Assembly (NCBI RefSeq): GCF_035594765.1 | Contig: NC_085841.1 | Location: 239,340,689 to 239,404,688, forward strand | Reading direction: 5' to 3' | DNA length: 64,000 bases | Origin: Anolis carolinensis | Lineage: Eukaryota | Shown here: piece by piece, positions 1 through 12,358 of the stretch | Layout of the letters: every line of letters starts with the position of its first letter | Numbering within the stretch: position 1 is the stretch's first letter | Position numbers and translations under genes: made by a program | The notes under the pieces: generated by a model | What the model was told of the DNA's origin: nothing | Seen by the model: only the letters and a program-made list of their open reading frames with translations | Database searches by the model: none

Positions 1-3000
1 TGGATAGCACCACGCAAACTCCTTCCTTCAATCAATTTGGCAGTTCCAGAACCTATTGTCCCTACATGGCATAGCCAGGCCGCTGGGGCACACTCTGGGC
101 ATCTGCTGCCAAGATGACATGCTGAGCATAAACAAGAAGGGAGGAGGGAAGTATACCAAAAAGATGCAGAGCTTCTGGACCCAGTGCTTAGCATAACCTG
201 GCCTCCTTCTCACTGGAACTGGTGGACACGGCTTCTTTTCCTCACTGTTAACAAAAACTACATTATGTATTTATTTAATATCCTTCGTAGCTCCCAAGAA
301 GACTTACAGGAAAAAAACAATTATAATTCACTATCATATTGTAAACACATTTAATTTAAGCATGTTTAAAATGTAACCATAATAATAAAATAAAAAGACA
401 AATATCTGACAACTGCCATCACCTTTTAGAAGGGGATTTCCATTTTAACTGATGCAGAAACTGAAAAACTAACTATTCCTACATCATCCAAAGATAAATT
501 GATTTTTTAAAAAGTAGACAGTGTCTTAACCAATTTTTCCATTATTTTTGGAGACTGAAAAGAAAGCAATGGATGTATTTCCTAAGGTGACTTTCTGTCA
601 TGTACTAAATGACACAGCAAGAGAGGAGAGGGATGGTGTCTTTGTATCCTGGACATAGTGGCCCTGACCTGAGGCCCAGCTGCCAGAAAATGCAGAGATG
701 CTATGCACTCCTTTGGCAGCTCAAAACAGAGTTTGTCTACATGGGAACTTACTGTCAATAGTAAGCATCTAGATTGTTCATTCATAGTACAATCAAGCTT
801 TAAAGAAACCTGGGGAATATCCTGAAGCTACCATTGGGCTGAAAGGTATAGAAGGAATATCTCCAGTCATATGTGTACAGAATTACCTCCTCCCAAATAT
901 ATTTTCTGGACTTGCTAGAACCATCATCTTGTAGGAACAGGAGAGTATAGCAGAGAAGAGACTTCAGGGTCCAGAGATAATGGAAAAAAAATTGTGGTAA
1001 TTTTGGTAGAATGACATTCAACCCAGAAAGTCCATACCCAGAGGTCCCAAATCAAATTAAAATCCCACAAATTGCCAAAAAATCATATATGGTGATATTC
1101 TTAGAGAAAGTCATACTCTCTCTATGGTCAAAGGGAAAATCCCAGAGCTACAAAAGTTAAGACTTCTACAAAGAAAAAGCCTTCAAGGGATCCTGAGTGC
1201 TTATCCTACTTGCAGGGGCAAGCCCAAAGTATATTTTCCATCAGAGTGGAATATTGCTGCAGATTAGTGGGGATCAAACAAAGGATCCTTCTCAAAGGCA
1301 TCTTAGGCTGAGAAGCTTTCTGGTAACATTTTCCTGTTGACTTATCTATCCTTGCATCTCAACCTTTGTACCTTGTATTGAGGAGCTGAATTTGTCCCCA
1401 CAGAAATGAAAGCTATACTCCAGCCTCAGAACTAATGCAAAAATAACAAGGCTCAAAGCGCGTGCGGGGGGCGGGGGGGTTGACAGGGTCAGGTTGTCCC
1501 TTGACACCAGGGCAAAGGTGGGCACTCACAATGTATGCACCTGCTGTCGCCATCCGCCGAGCAGGAAGAGCAGCTTGAAGGAGGCTCCTTGGGCCCAGTG
1601 CGCACACATTCCCTGACAATATTACAGACAAGCTTATTAAGTGTGTAATATTAAATTAACCCAGATAAGAGCGTAAGAGCTTTTAAAGTCAATTCATTAA
1701 ATATAATTATGAAGATAGCTTTTTTATGCGTGGCAGCAATCTGATCTCAATCACAGTGACGGTGCTGAGCCTGCAGCCCCCACGGCATCTCTGCTCCCTA
1801 CTGAGTTTCTTCCATAGCCATGCCATTACTCTTAAGCAATAAGGATGACTACTCACCCTCTCCCACTCTGGCATTTGAGGACCAACATACCACATGAACC
1901 CTCCTATCTGATCCTTGGCTGCCTTTATGAGCAGATGGTTCATTTCTCATTCAGGTCTCTCGACATACTTGAAGCCCCATCACTGGAATGTGTGGATTTC
2001 CCTCAGTTTCTATTTGAGCCTCAACTGAAACCTGAAGGAGTAGCAGAATGAGAGACGATGAGCTGCTATATCTTGTATTTATCTTCTTCCATTCGGAAAT
2101 ACTTGAATTTCTGCTCAACGGGGCACACACTGACCCAGCATACACATACCCTGAAAGAAAAATGCCCCACACTTCCAGCCAAATGCTTTCCCCCACTCCC
2201 CCCAGGAATTAATGAGGCTTTTGCTCTCCCAAGGCTGCTTGCGCTCCTGCCCCAGTTAATTAACTGCTCCTGGGGAACAATTAATATCTGTCAGGAGACG
2301 TGGGGCCCATGCCAGCCACTCTGCCAAGTTTTGCTCAGCAGAGATCAGGGGACAGAACGATAACGCCTAGCCCATCCTATACAGCTGAAGGTTGGATTTG
2401 GAACAGCCCTACACCATAGATCAGGCACATTTTTGCTAATCATCAGTCAATGATAGGAACAAGTTTCCTGATAGTCTTGAGAGTGATGCTGGTCTTTATG
2501 GAAGTGTGACAGCAAACTTTACTATAGCTAGATTTACAACAAGTGGAAGTAGAGAAAGAATCCATGCCTCTGAGGAAACACAATGAGTTTACAGTTTCAG
2601 CTGAAGCTCCCCTACTCCAAATCTATTTAAGTAGAGGCAGTTTAGACAGATGTTGGTGTTAATAGAGTTCCCCGATTGAAAGCTGGAAATGATTTTTGCA
2701 CCTTTAATGGTTGTATAGAAGAAGGAACCTCAGCAGATGTTGCTTTGTGGCATAATAAAGTAGCAAGCTGAAATTCCCTCTCTAGTTTTCATTCTGGCAA
2801 CCCCATTAGTGCAGTCAATGAAACCTGAAGGCTGGGGAGGAATGAAGGTGCTGGAAAGTAAATTGGGTCCTGACAGAATAGACATGTATACATCTGCCCA
2901 AGTGACTAATAGTGAAAGCAACATATAATTATTGAATAAGACCTGTAGTAAGATTACGTTATCTGGTGGTCAGTGGTTTTTATGTCAGTAGAGTGATAGA

Positions 3001-6000
3001 CCTTGGGTTTTAGTTCTGACTGTAAAAGAGCTAACCAAGGGGCTGAGTCCTGTCCCTAAAATATGTCTAGCATCTTGGATAATTTGTTTTATATTCAGAC
3101 TAAAACCTGGAGTAATTAACCAACTCATTGACATGGAAGTGACTAACCATCACTGCTGAGGTTGGAAGACATTATGATAGCTTCTTTTTGCAAGACAAAA
3201 TAAAGAGTTTGGACATTTTAGATTCCCTACCCCACCAGTCTCCTAGATGCCCCCCTAGGAAGAACCAGGGCAAAAGCCTAGAATATTTTCACTTACTGCC
3301 TCTACAGAAAATGTCTGCTTATGCTAGGGTAATATAAAATAGCTAGGTGTGACAGGAGGGGAAGCAAAGAGGAAGAAAAACAACAAGCATTCAATGAGTT
3401 GCCATAAATTGTGGGTCACTGCATCTACAGAAGGAGTGCAGTCTACCCTTGGGGGAGTCCACCTCAGGTCCATGCCATGCAGGGCTTTATGGAGGGCTCA
3501 AGCAAACAAACACCCAGAGCAGCAATCATGCATCTTTGCACAGACTCAGCATTGATTGGTAGCTACAAGGAAGGGGCGCAGAGACTGGAGGCGGCATCAG
3601 CTCCTGGGACCAGTTACTTATTCAGATGCTTTGGACATAGATTCCCTCTCCTTGCTGGTTGCTTATTTGCATTTTCTAGCCTGCAGGCTGCACTGATGGA
3701 TGGAGCACAGCATCGGCCTTCTATTATTACAGAACCAAGGCCGAGAACCCTTCTGTGGCTATAATGAAGGCTTTGATCCCTATCGCTCTCACTCCTGCAC
3801 TAGAGTAGTCAGAGCTTTGAGTTCAACAGGGCACAGTCCCCAGATACAAGAAATAAGGAAAGTAGTGTTGTCCCCCTCACCCCTCCCTGGCAAGGGCATG
3901 GGATTAATTAACTGCCCTGAACTTGCAAGACCTCATAATTGCGACAAGGGATTAATAGAAGAGGTAAAACTAGAATGGAGTAAGATTTATCAGTGAGGAA
4001 AAGATGGAAGCATAGGCTACACTTGCCTCTATGTCACTCATTCTCATGCCAAAGGATAGCTCACACATGCATGGTCATCATTCATTGATTGTACAGTCAA
4101 AGATGACTTACTTGTGCGAATGTAGTCATCATAAATTAATTGCTGTAGCCATCATCAATTAATTGTCCCAGACAGAACTTTTCTTTCAACCAGTGCTGCT
4201 GATTAAATTATTTCCAAGGGAAGGATAATTCACTACCTGAAAATGAGAATCATCATGGACTAAGTAGTCAATGACGTACACATACATGTGTGAATGAGTC
4301 CGGAGAGAAAGATGCCAATATGAACCAGCAGATCTCAGGGGGTTTCAATATACTGTTTAAAGCAGCTAAGGGGAGAGACATATTATGTTGTACTTGTTCA
4401 CGTTAGAGGCAAGGCAACAGGGTAGTTTTTTCATTATGGGTTCTAACATCAAGTGGATCATATGGTCACAAGGACATCCACAAACAATAAGCAGTGCTGT
4501 GCTATGCTAAATCATTACAGTAGTCTACTCAGCTTCTGTGGGCTTCCTAGACTCTTTTTCATGAGATAATTAATTGTGTCCATAATAAAGAGAACTATGC
4601 TAACAAATGTTTTAAGCACTCTATAGAGGGGTAGGGCTTCAGGTAATATCAACTCCCAAACAAGTGTCGAAGGATACAATAAAAACAAGATGAGGATGTG
4701 ACCTTGGACCAGTCACACTTAGTCTCGTTTAGCCTCACCATCTTCACAGGGTTACTATGACAGTCAAAGAGGTGAAAGGGAGAAAGCTGGGCATGTCCTA
4801 AGCTCTTTGGCGAAAGGAATAAAGGAAGGGATACATGTGCAATAAACAAGCTACATAAAAAGCCATACATAACAGGTACCATCAGTGTTCTGTGCCAATC
4901 TAGGGCTAGCAACAGAATCTCCTAACAAACCTAGAAAGAAGAGGCAGTGGAAGTTAGCATGAACAAACACAGCATAGCAATGATAACTCCCTAAATCATC
5001 CTTTCCCAACCAGGTGCGCTCCAGTTGTCTTGGACTACTATTCCCAGAAGCCCTCAGTATATTACTAAACATGAAACCTGTGCTCATGTTGTTTGAGAAA
5101 GAAGGGACAGAATTGGAATTACACTGTTTCCAAACTTATGACGGAAAGGACAGAGTCCCTCAGTGATAGAAAAGAGCCTTTTGGGTAAAGATGGCTCCCA
5201 CTTTCATTTTGATAGCCTTTGTTGAATATCAAAATTAGTAGGAGAGTGGTGTCGCTGCTGCAAAGCATTGCCAGAAAAGCATTTTTGGAAACATAAAATA
5301 TCTTTAAAACCACATGAAAAAGCTTTAAAATTGAACTTGTTTAGTATTCTTTAGAGGATTATATCTTCCCTCAGGTCAATCTGTGTTTTCCCCCAGGCTT
5401 GGACGAATTAAGCCTTCCAACTAGTCACCCACATTGGTGGGACTGCCTATGTTCTTTTTTTCTCACTTTTCCCTCCCTTGTACAGGCCAAGGTTAGGGAA
5501 ATGGATTGTGCCGCTGCCTCCAAAAAGCGGTGGTTGGTGGTCGAGGAGCTGCATCAATGGGCAGGCAGGAGGCGGCAGGTGGAGGGGGAGGCAGCGCAGG
5601 CAACTCATTTACCCAGTGTAAAAATAGGCTGGAAAATGTGACATTTATTAAGTACGATTGTGGAGGAAAGGTCATCGCCAGCCCCAGCACCGAGACGGGG
5701 TGCCGCTGATTATACAGCTGGGGAACAAGGCGGCAAAGCCAGCCTAAGCAACAGCAATTTAGTGGAGGGGGTGGAGAGGAAGCGAAATGTGTGCTCTTTT
5801 GTGCCTCAAGCCCAACAATACTCTAGGCAGTGCTGCCTTCTTTTTATTGCCTGGCATACTTTAGGATCAACATCTGCCAACGCCCTATGACCCAAAGCAC
5901 CCAAATCCCTATCCCTCATCCTAAAGTTCCACTGTTCAGGAATCAGCCAAACAAAGCTAGTGGATGTAGCAGTTACCATCCCCACCAAACCATTTCAAAA

Positions 6001-9000
6001 TTGTATATCATGAAAATCCCAGCACTTTTGTGCTTTCCCTTCCCATGCTCCTATCCAACTCTTCCAGTGCCTTGTAAGCCTGACCAGCAGCATTTTAAAT
6101 GTCTGAACACCTCTGGCACTGCTCCCCTCCCTCTTCTAATTCTGATTGTATCAAATAGGTTCCTCACTGAGCCTGCATTTTTCACATGGCACTCCTCCCA
6201 ATTACCCCATGCCGAGAAACACATAATAAAAGAGGGAAAGTCATGACTGCCCGCATTTGGTGACCTCTTCTACAATGCCTTCAGGTGAATAAGTTGAGAA
6301 GCAAGATTTATATTAAAAAAAATCTTTTAAAATCTTTTAAAAAAAAAACCAGACCAAAAATAACCCTCTTTGACATCAGTTCCAATTTTTTAAAAATGCA
6401 TTAGGTTCTCCTCTCAAGTACTGGAAGTAGAACCCCTGCAGAGGAGGTGACAAATGGGTAATTGTTCTTTTGAGTGTGCACTGGTGGTGTGCCTGAGCAC
6501 ATCTCATTCCCACATATCTCCTTACATGCCCATCACACTCCTTACTTCAGTCCCCAATACTGCCACATGCCCCCGCCTTGACAGCCTTTCCACCTTGCGT
6601 CCTGCACTGTGCATCCTTGAAAAGCTCTTCAGGTAGCCTAACACATCACACACAGGAGAAAAAGGCTGACATCCAAGGGTCAGCACCAACAGAAGCAGGC
6701 CATTTGTCCTGTAAAGAAGACTGCTCTTGCCAATTTGGACAGAGGGAGTACCGGTAGCTAATAAAAACAAAGAAACTGGGGCTCAAGCCCACTTCTAACA
6801 AGAATGTCTCAGAGGCAAAATGCAAAGTACTATAATCTGTGACCCCAATGTGTTTTGAGATAAACCCCCAATCAAATTCTGAGAGTTAATAGTCAACTAT
6901 TTTGTGGCCTCCTGCTTAGAGGCAAGCATCTTGTAACCCCAGGGCAGGGATACAAGGAAAGGAGGGGTTGAAAAGCAGTGTGCAGCCGCTGGGCCCTGAC
7001 TTCCCCCAGCTGGTGTGGGGGAGGGCAGGACTGTCAGGGAATCTCCTGTCCATCAGAGTACAAAGAGCCAATTGATTTTCCCTGCACAATTCAAGCAGCG
7101 GCACAGCCAGTCTAGGAGTCCAAGGCACAGGGTGGGTACACAGATTTATTCAGGGACAGTAAGGGGTGTCTAGTTTGTAGACTACTTTTTAAACCATTTT
7201 CCATCACCACCTTACACACACATGCACACACACACAGAAGCACCACAGCTCCATCGGAGCAGAAGGTACACGGCAGTTAGACCAATGCCAAGAATTTCTC
7301 GCTGCAGTTCAGCAAATGGCCCACCAAGATTTACTATGCTAGCTGGGCTTTACTGCACACTAGATGCTTACGCTGGGGAATCTTCCCGGCGGCCCCTTAA
7401 TTTGCCATCCCATAAAGAATGTGGATTTGTGACGCTAAATAGAGGGAGATCATTTACCAAGCACAGCTCTTACTTACAAGATCTTTAAAGGAGATTCATC
7501 ATGCGATGCAACGACGCGAGAGCAGCTCAGCGGCAAGGCAAGAGAACAGCCACGGCAATGGTAGGCAGGTAGCAGCAGAAGCTTCTTCCAAAGGAAAGCC
7601 CAACTTGTACTAGCCTCCAGAATGGCTATTTCAAACTGTCATTCAGCTCCTAATTTCCCACTATTTAATTTATACTCCTGTCTCAAATCTCTTGAGCTAC
7701 AAATCCCTAAACAGTAGAGAACAAAGATTTGCAATGTTGCACAGGACCATCACAATGCCTCCAGTTTGGAGAGAGGGTCCTATTCACTATCTCCTAAATC
7801 CATATATCAAGACCTTTGCACTAGGATTCACCAGAGGAATAATCCCCAACCATCTCCCAGCACAAAGAAAGATTTTCTTCTTTTCATTATGGACATGGCT
7901 GTATGTGTTCTTTTAGTCCACAAGTACCAAATTTAATACTACCTCAGAATTGAGTATCCTGAAAAATTGGAGCTTTAATTTAAACCATAATTACTACTCA
8001 AGTTTCTCGTTCTTTAGGGGTGGGAGGTGGGGGTAAAAATAAGCTTGCGTATAGAGGCAATATTTAGAAAAATCCTAGGGTGAAAAAGGCAGCAAATACA
8101 AACATGGGATTTCCAACATTTTGTTTGTTTGTTTCCTTTGATTGTTTGCTTTTTACCGGAGAGCACTTTTGGACTACTAATTTCCTTTCAAATGTGGTGG
8201 GAAATCAGGAAGTATCCCAATACACCATTTGCCCAGGGAAATTCCACCCTGAATGGCTGTTTTCCTGAACTTCCCTCTCTGTGGACAGCATAAGGAGTAG
8301 GTAGGCTGATTTGGATCAGGAAAAAGTGCAGGGATGGGAGATGTTATTCACCCCCTTCTTTCCATGTAGCTGTTCTGAAAAATTGGCAGTCTCTGCCTGT
8401 GCAGCTGTGTTTCAACAACAAGAACCATCATAATATTTTTTAAATTGAAAAAAATTGAAAAGATTTGGGCAAACATAAAGTTTGGTACTTAGAATCCTGA
8501 GGAATACAGAACAGAGCAGTAGAGGATGGAGCAGGTGGCCAGGAGGAAGGGCCAAATTTACCAAACTATATAGCCTGCAGAATTCTTTGAGCACTGAATC
8601 TGCACACAGAAGTTTCAGAGGGGCCCATGCCATCCTGGAATATACTACATGTAGTCATTTGCAGCCCTTTCTTTCTCACTCCAGCCAGGCACTTGACAGC
8701 TCATGCAACAAAGCATTTGAAAGAACCCTTGCCCACTGCAGGGCAAGGAAGTCCTACAGACCTCTGAGAAGACATATTCCAGGAGCCCAAGCTCTGTCTT
8801 CTTGCCTCTATTTCAGGCATACTTACTCACAACAGAGGCTTGAAAACAAAGTAGTCAGGAAGCCAGTCTTTTGATCCAATTGGCATGTGTGTTCATGCCT
8901 CTATGTGTGTACATTCTCACATTTGTATGTGTCTTCCTCCTGGCCTTATCTTCCAAGTTTCTCCCTGCCCTGCACTCCCCCCTCTCTCATCCCTCCACAC

Positions 9001-9737
9001 AATCACACACACACAGAGTGATCAAGAGGCGAACCAGCCTCCGTTGTCCGCAGGAGCTCATTTCCAGAGTCATTACAGTCTGAAAAGGGTCCCATCAGGT
9101 ATTCCGCCTGCTCAGCACATTTATTTCCCCAAACCACAGCAGGGATTTGTGATTTTCAGACTCAATATTAGACCAAGCCCAGAGCTGGCTCATTCCACCC
9201 AGTGGGAAGCTTCCCTGTCAGTGCAGGCAGAACAATACCAGAAAGTGCAGAGAGGATGGCAGAGTGGGTTGCTAGTGGTAGTGGGACAGTGGTAGTGCCA
9301 CCCTGGCACTCACTAAGTTGGAAGCAAAGTATTCTTGACGCCGGAGAAAGTTGGAGAAAGCTCCTCATCTCCAAACCACTGAGGGTGTGTAAGTACTGAA
9401 ATCACTAAGAGAGCTTGTGGCCTTCCTCTCACAACTTATACATTACACATTTCCTGCCAAACTCTTCATGCCATGCTCACGCCTACTCAAGAAATGAAAG
9501 GATTGTCCAGACTCTGAAGTACGCAGGTGATTCCCAATGAGTGCCCAGCCAACTTATATGCGCTATAAGTTAGCCTGGTCTACAATCACTTATTTTCTTG
9601 AGCAGCTCATGTCCATCAAAAGGTTATCTCCTAGAATGGACCTTATTAGGACAAAAGTTCAAAACTACATGGAAGTTGGGTGCTAACAACTCATTCACTT
9701 AAGAAGAGAAGGAAGAGCAGGAAGAGCAAGTACTCAC

Positions 9738-10313
9738 CACTGTGAAGTTCTCTGCTGAGCAGTTCTCTCCACTGAAGCTGCAATTCTTGAGCATGTCATC
9801 AAGCTGGTGCCCAGTGCGGTTGACAATGTCAGCCATGTCTGGGTCTGGATAGAGCAGGTCTGAGGCCCTGTGTCCATCTCGGTCCTTGGGGGGCAACCCA
9901 GTCATGTTGGCCAGGTGGAAAATGTCGGCGTCAGTAAGAGCCGAGTGACGGAAGCGATTGATGTTGCAGATGGTGACGGCCGGGAAGACCATCCTTTGGG
10001 TGGCTTCCTCGTCCAGGGTGGTGACGTGGGGGTGCTCCAGGTAGAAGAGTGCCGACCGGGCCGCTTGGTACAGGAAGAAGGCCAGGGAGGCCGCAAAGGC
10101 CAGGGCCCAGAGGGCCTGCCGGACCCCCAGTCGCCCCGAGCGGCAAATGTGGCCGAAGCCGTGCAGGGTGCTGGCCCCGGCGAAGGCGGCCAGGTCCCGG
10201 CGGTGTGGCCGTCGAGGCTCTTCTAGCAAGCTCTCCTTGTCCCCTTCCTCTTTCGCCGCCTGCTTCTCATCCTCCTCTGCAAATTTGATTTTGCAGACAA
10301 TCTCAATCGGCAT
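9738..10313 (-). CDS. ASIC4: Acid-sensing ion channel 4, first coding exon (192 codons); the gene continues leftwards beyond the window
   Basis: Translation starts MPIEIVCKIKFAEED and contains STLHG (pre-TM1 HG motif), TM1 ALWALAFAASLAFFLYQA and FPAVTICNINRFRHSALTDADIFHLANMTGLPPKDRDGHR, all typical of vertebrate ASIC4. ATG at 10313-10311; phase-0 donor GTG|GTGAGTA after ENFTV (intron begins at 9737). No further exon recognised in 1-9737. Confidence 0.96.
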
Positions 10314-11800
10314 TTGTGCCGAGGCACCAGGCAGCACGCTACCCCCCCAGCGAGGGGAGGCAGCGGGAGCCTGGGGTGCCCGGCACCGGCCGCTCTCCGC
10401 CTGATGCTGCAGGACGCCCCTCAGTCAGGAAGCCCAGCAGAAGAGGAGCAGGAGGAGCAGGAGGACCGGGCAGGAGCCTGGCCCTGCTCTCTCTGGAGCT
10501 CCCGCTGCCGCTTGGCTCTTCTTGTCAGACTAGTGATCTCCTCCTGGAGCTTCTGCCGCCTTCTTATCTGCACAAGCCCAGCTGCCAGAGCTGCCCGGTG
10601 GTGCCGCTGCGTGTGCCGCTCCTCCGCTCGCCCGGTTAAGACCCCACCAGGCACAGGCAGCATTTAGGCATCGTGTGCTCATAAAATCCAGGGGATACTT
10701 AATAATTCAAGGCATGTCAACATTATTTCATCCTCAAATAAAAAGAGGAGGGGGAGGAAAGAGCGGGAGGAGGAAGGCAGAGCCCGCTCTCTGGAGTGAG
10801 GCTGGAGCCACTTGTTTGAATGGCTCGCAAGCTGGCAAAGTCTATGCCAACCCAAGAAGGCGGCAATAGAGACCGACGGGCTTCCCTCCCTCCGACGTGG
10901 GCTTTTCTGGCTTGACGCTCCCCTTTCTTGGCTTGCTCGACACCCACTTCCTCGCTGGGTCCCTTTCCCGGTGGTGCCCCCCGACGGGCGGAGAGCTCCC
11001 GCTTAAAACCTACCCCCGTACCTTCCTTCCTTTCCGGCGGACCTTCAACGGCTCCTTGCCAAAGACTGAAGCGGAAGAAGGAAAAGGAAGAGAAGGAAAA
11101 AGTTGAGAGAGGGAGAAAGCGGCGGAGGGGGAAGGAGGGAGGGAGCGACGCAAGCAGCTCCGGGTGGGGGAATCCTCCTCGCGCGTCGCCGGCGAGTGGT
11201 GCCCGGCCCAATGGGCAGCCACGCCACGCGCCGCCCGCTCACTCGTTCGCCCCCCCCCCGCACCTCCAGGGCAGACTAATTGGAGCAGGCGGGGCCCAGG
11301 AAGGCGGGGAGGGGAGCGGAAGCGCGGAGGAGACGCCCCCTCCCGCGATCAATCGATCCCGCTCCCCGCGGAACAAACAAGAGGCAAAAAGTGAATTGAT
11401 TGGCGGAGGGAAGGATAGAGAGGGGGGGGGGAGGGATGGAAGGCTGCGCAGCCGGCGGGACCAGGGCGGCACTCAAGGCAGCCCGCTCGCCTGCCTTCCC
11501 GCTGCACCATTGATCACTCCTCCGCTCTGCGCGCCCAGCCCCGTTGGAGGAGGCTCTTTGGTGGCTCCCGTCCGAGGGAAGCCCCCGAGGGAGCCCCCTT
11601 GGCGCAGGGCCACCTCCGCCGCTACGCCAGGGCCGCCGGGCAGCCCCAGGCCACGTGACCCCCCAGTGGGGCGGGGCGGAGCGGAGCAGAGACGGAGGGA
11701 AAAGGACAGGAGGATACGGAGGGCCCGGGGCCCGATGGTGGTGGAGTCTCCTCCTCTGGAACATTGTCATCCGCGGCTGCATGGCCATCTGTCGGGGGTA
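9980..11800 (-). promoter_or_regulatory. CpG island / ASIC4 promoter and 5' UTR
   Basis: Abrupt GC- and CpG-rich block over and upstream of exon 1. Minus-strand CCAAT boxes (ATTGG near 11279 and 11399) and a GC box GGGGCGGGG near 11668. The TSS cannot be determined from sequence. Confidence 0.8.
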
Positions 11801-11984
11801 CACATACACTAATTAAGCGGGCCAATTGCAACAGTCACACTTGCCTCAGACAGACAAGAGTTCTTCCTCCCAACCTGGACTTTCCTCAGGCATATAAACC
11901 CCACCTGCCTAGTTTCCAACAAACCTCATAACGGGTTGCTGTGAGTTTTCCGGGCTGTATGGCCACGTTCCAGAAGCATTCTCT

Positions 11985-12025
11985 CCTGACGTTTCGCCCA
12001 CATCTATGACAGGCATCCTCAGAGA
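11985..12025 (-). ncRNA. Minimal type I hammerhead ribozyme motif in a Penelope pLTR
   Basis: Minus strand reads tct-CTGAGGA-tgcctgtcatagatgtgggc-GAAAC-GTC-agg: intact CUGANGA, stem II, GAAAC, GUC triplet and a short stem I. PLE-borne minimal hammerheads are an established class. Confidence 0.7.
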
Positions 12026-12047
12026 TTATGAGGAATACTGGAGGTTT

Positions 12048-12358
12048 GGAGCTCCGGTGGCGAAGTGCTGTTGAATTTACAGACCGAAAGGTCGCAGGTT
12101 CAAATCCCGGGAGCGGAATGAGCGCCCGCTGTTAGCTCCAGCTTCTGCCAACCTAGCAGTTCGAAAACATGCCAATGTAAGTAGATCAATAGGTATCGCT
12201 CCAGTGGGAAGGTAACGGCGCTCCATGCAGTCATGCCGGCCACATGACCTTGGAGGTGTCTACGGACAACGCCGGCTCTTGGGCTTAGAAATGGAGATGA
12301 GCACCAACTCCCAGAGTCAGACATGACTGGACTTAACGTCAGGAGAAACCTTTACCTT
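12048..12358 (+). mobile_element. Sauria SINE (tRNA-derived), near full length, nested in Penelope
   Basis: 5' ggagctccggtggcg, B-box-like ggttcaaatcc, core gcagttcgaaaacatg..gtagatcaataggta, (ACCTTT)n tail. 12-bp TSD TACTGGAGGTTT at 12036-12047 and 12359-12370. Confidence 0.9.

Noticed and set aside
5680-5705. REST/NRSE site (CCCAGCACCGAGACGGGGTGCC)
   Set aside because: Only the left half-site matches; the right half is too divergent.
9699-9737. ORF-track tail VSTCSSCSSFSS as ASIC4 coding sequence
   Set aside because: Read-through past the GTGAGT splice donor into intron 1.
10723-11831. 294-aa and other ORFs over the promoter
   Set aside because: Low-complexity Pro/Gly/Arg translations expected from a CpG island.
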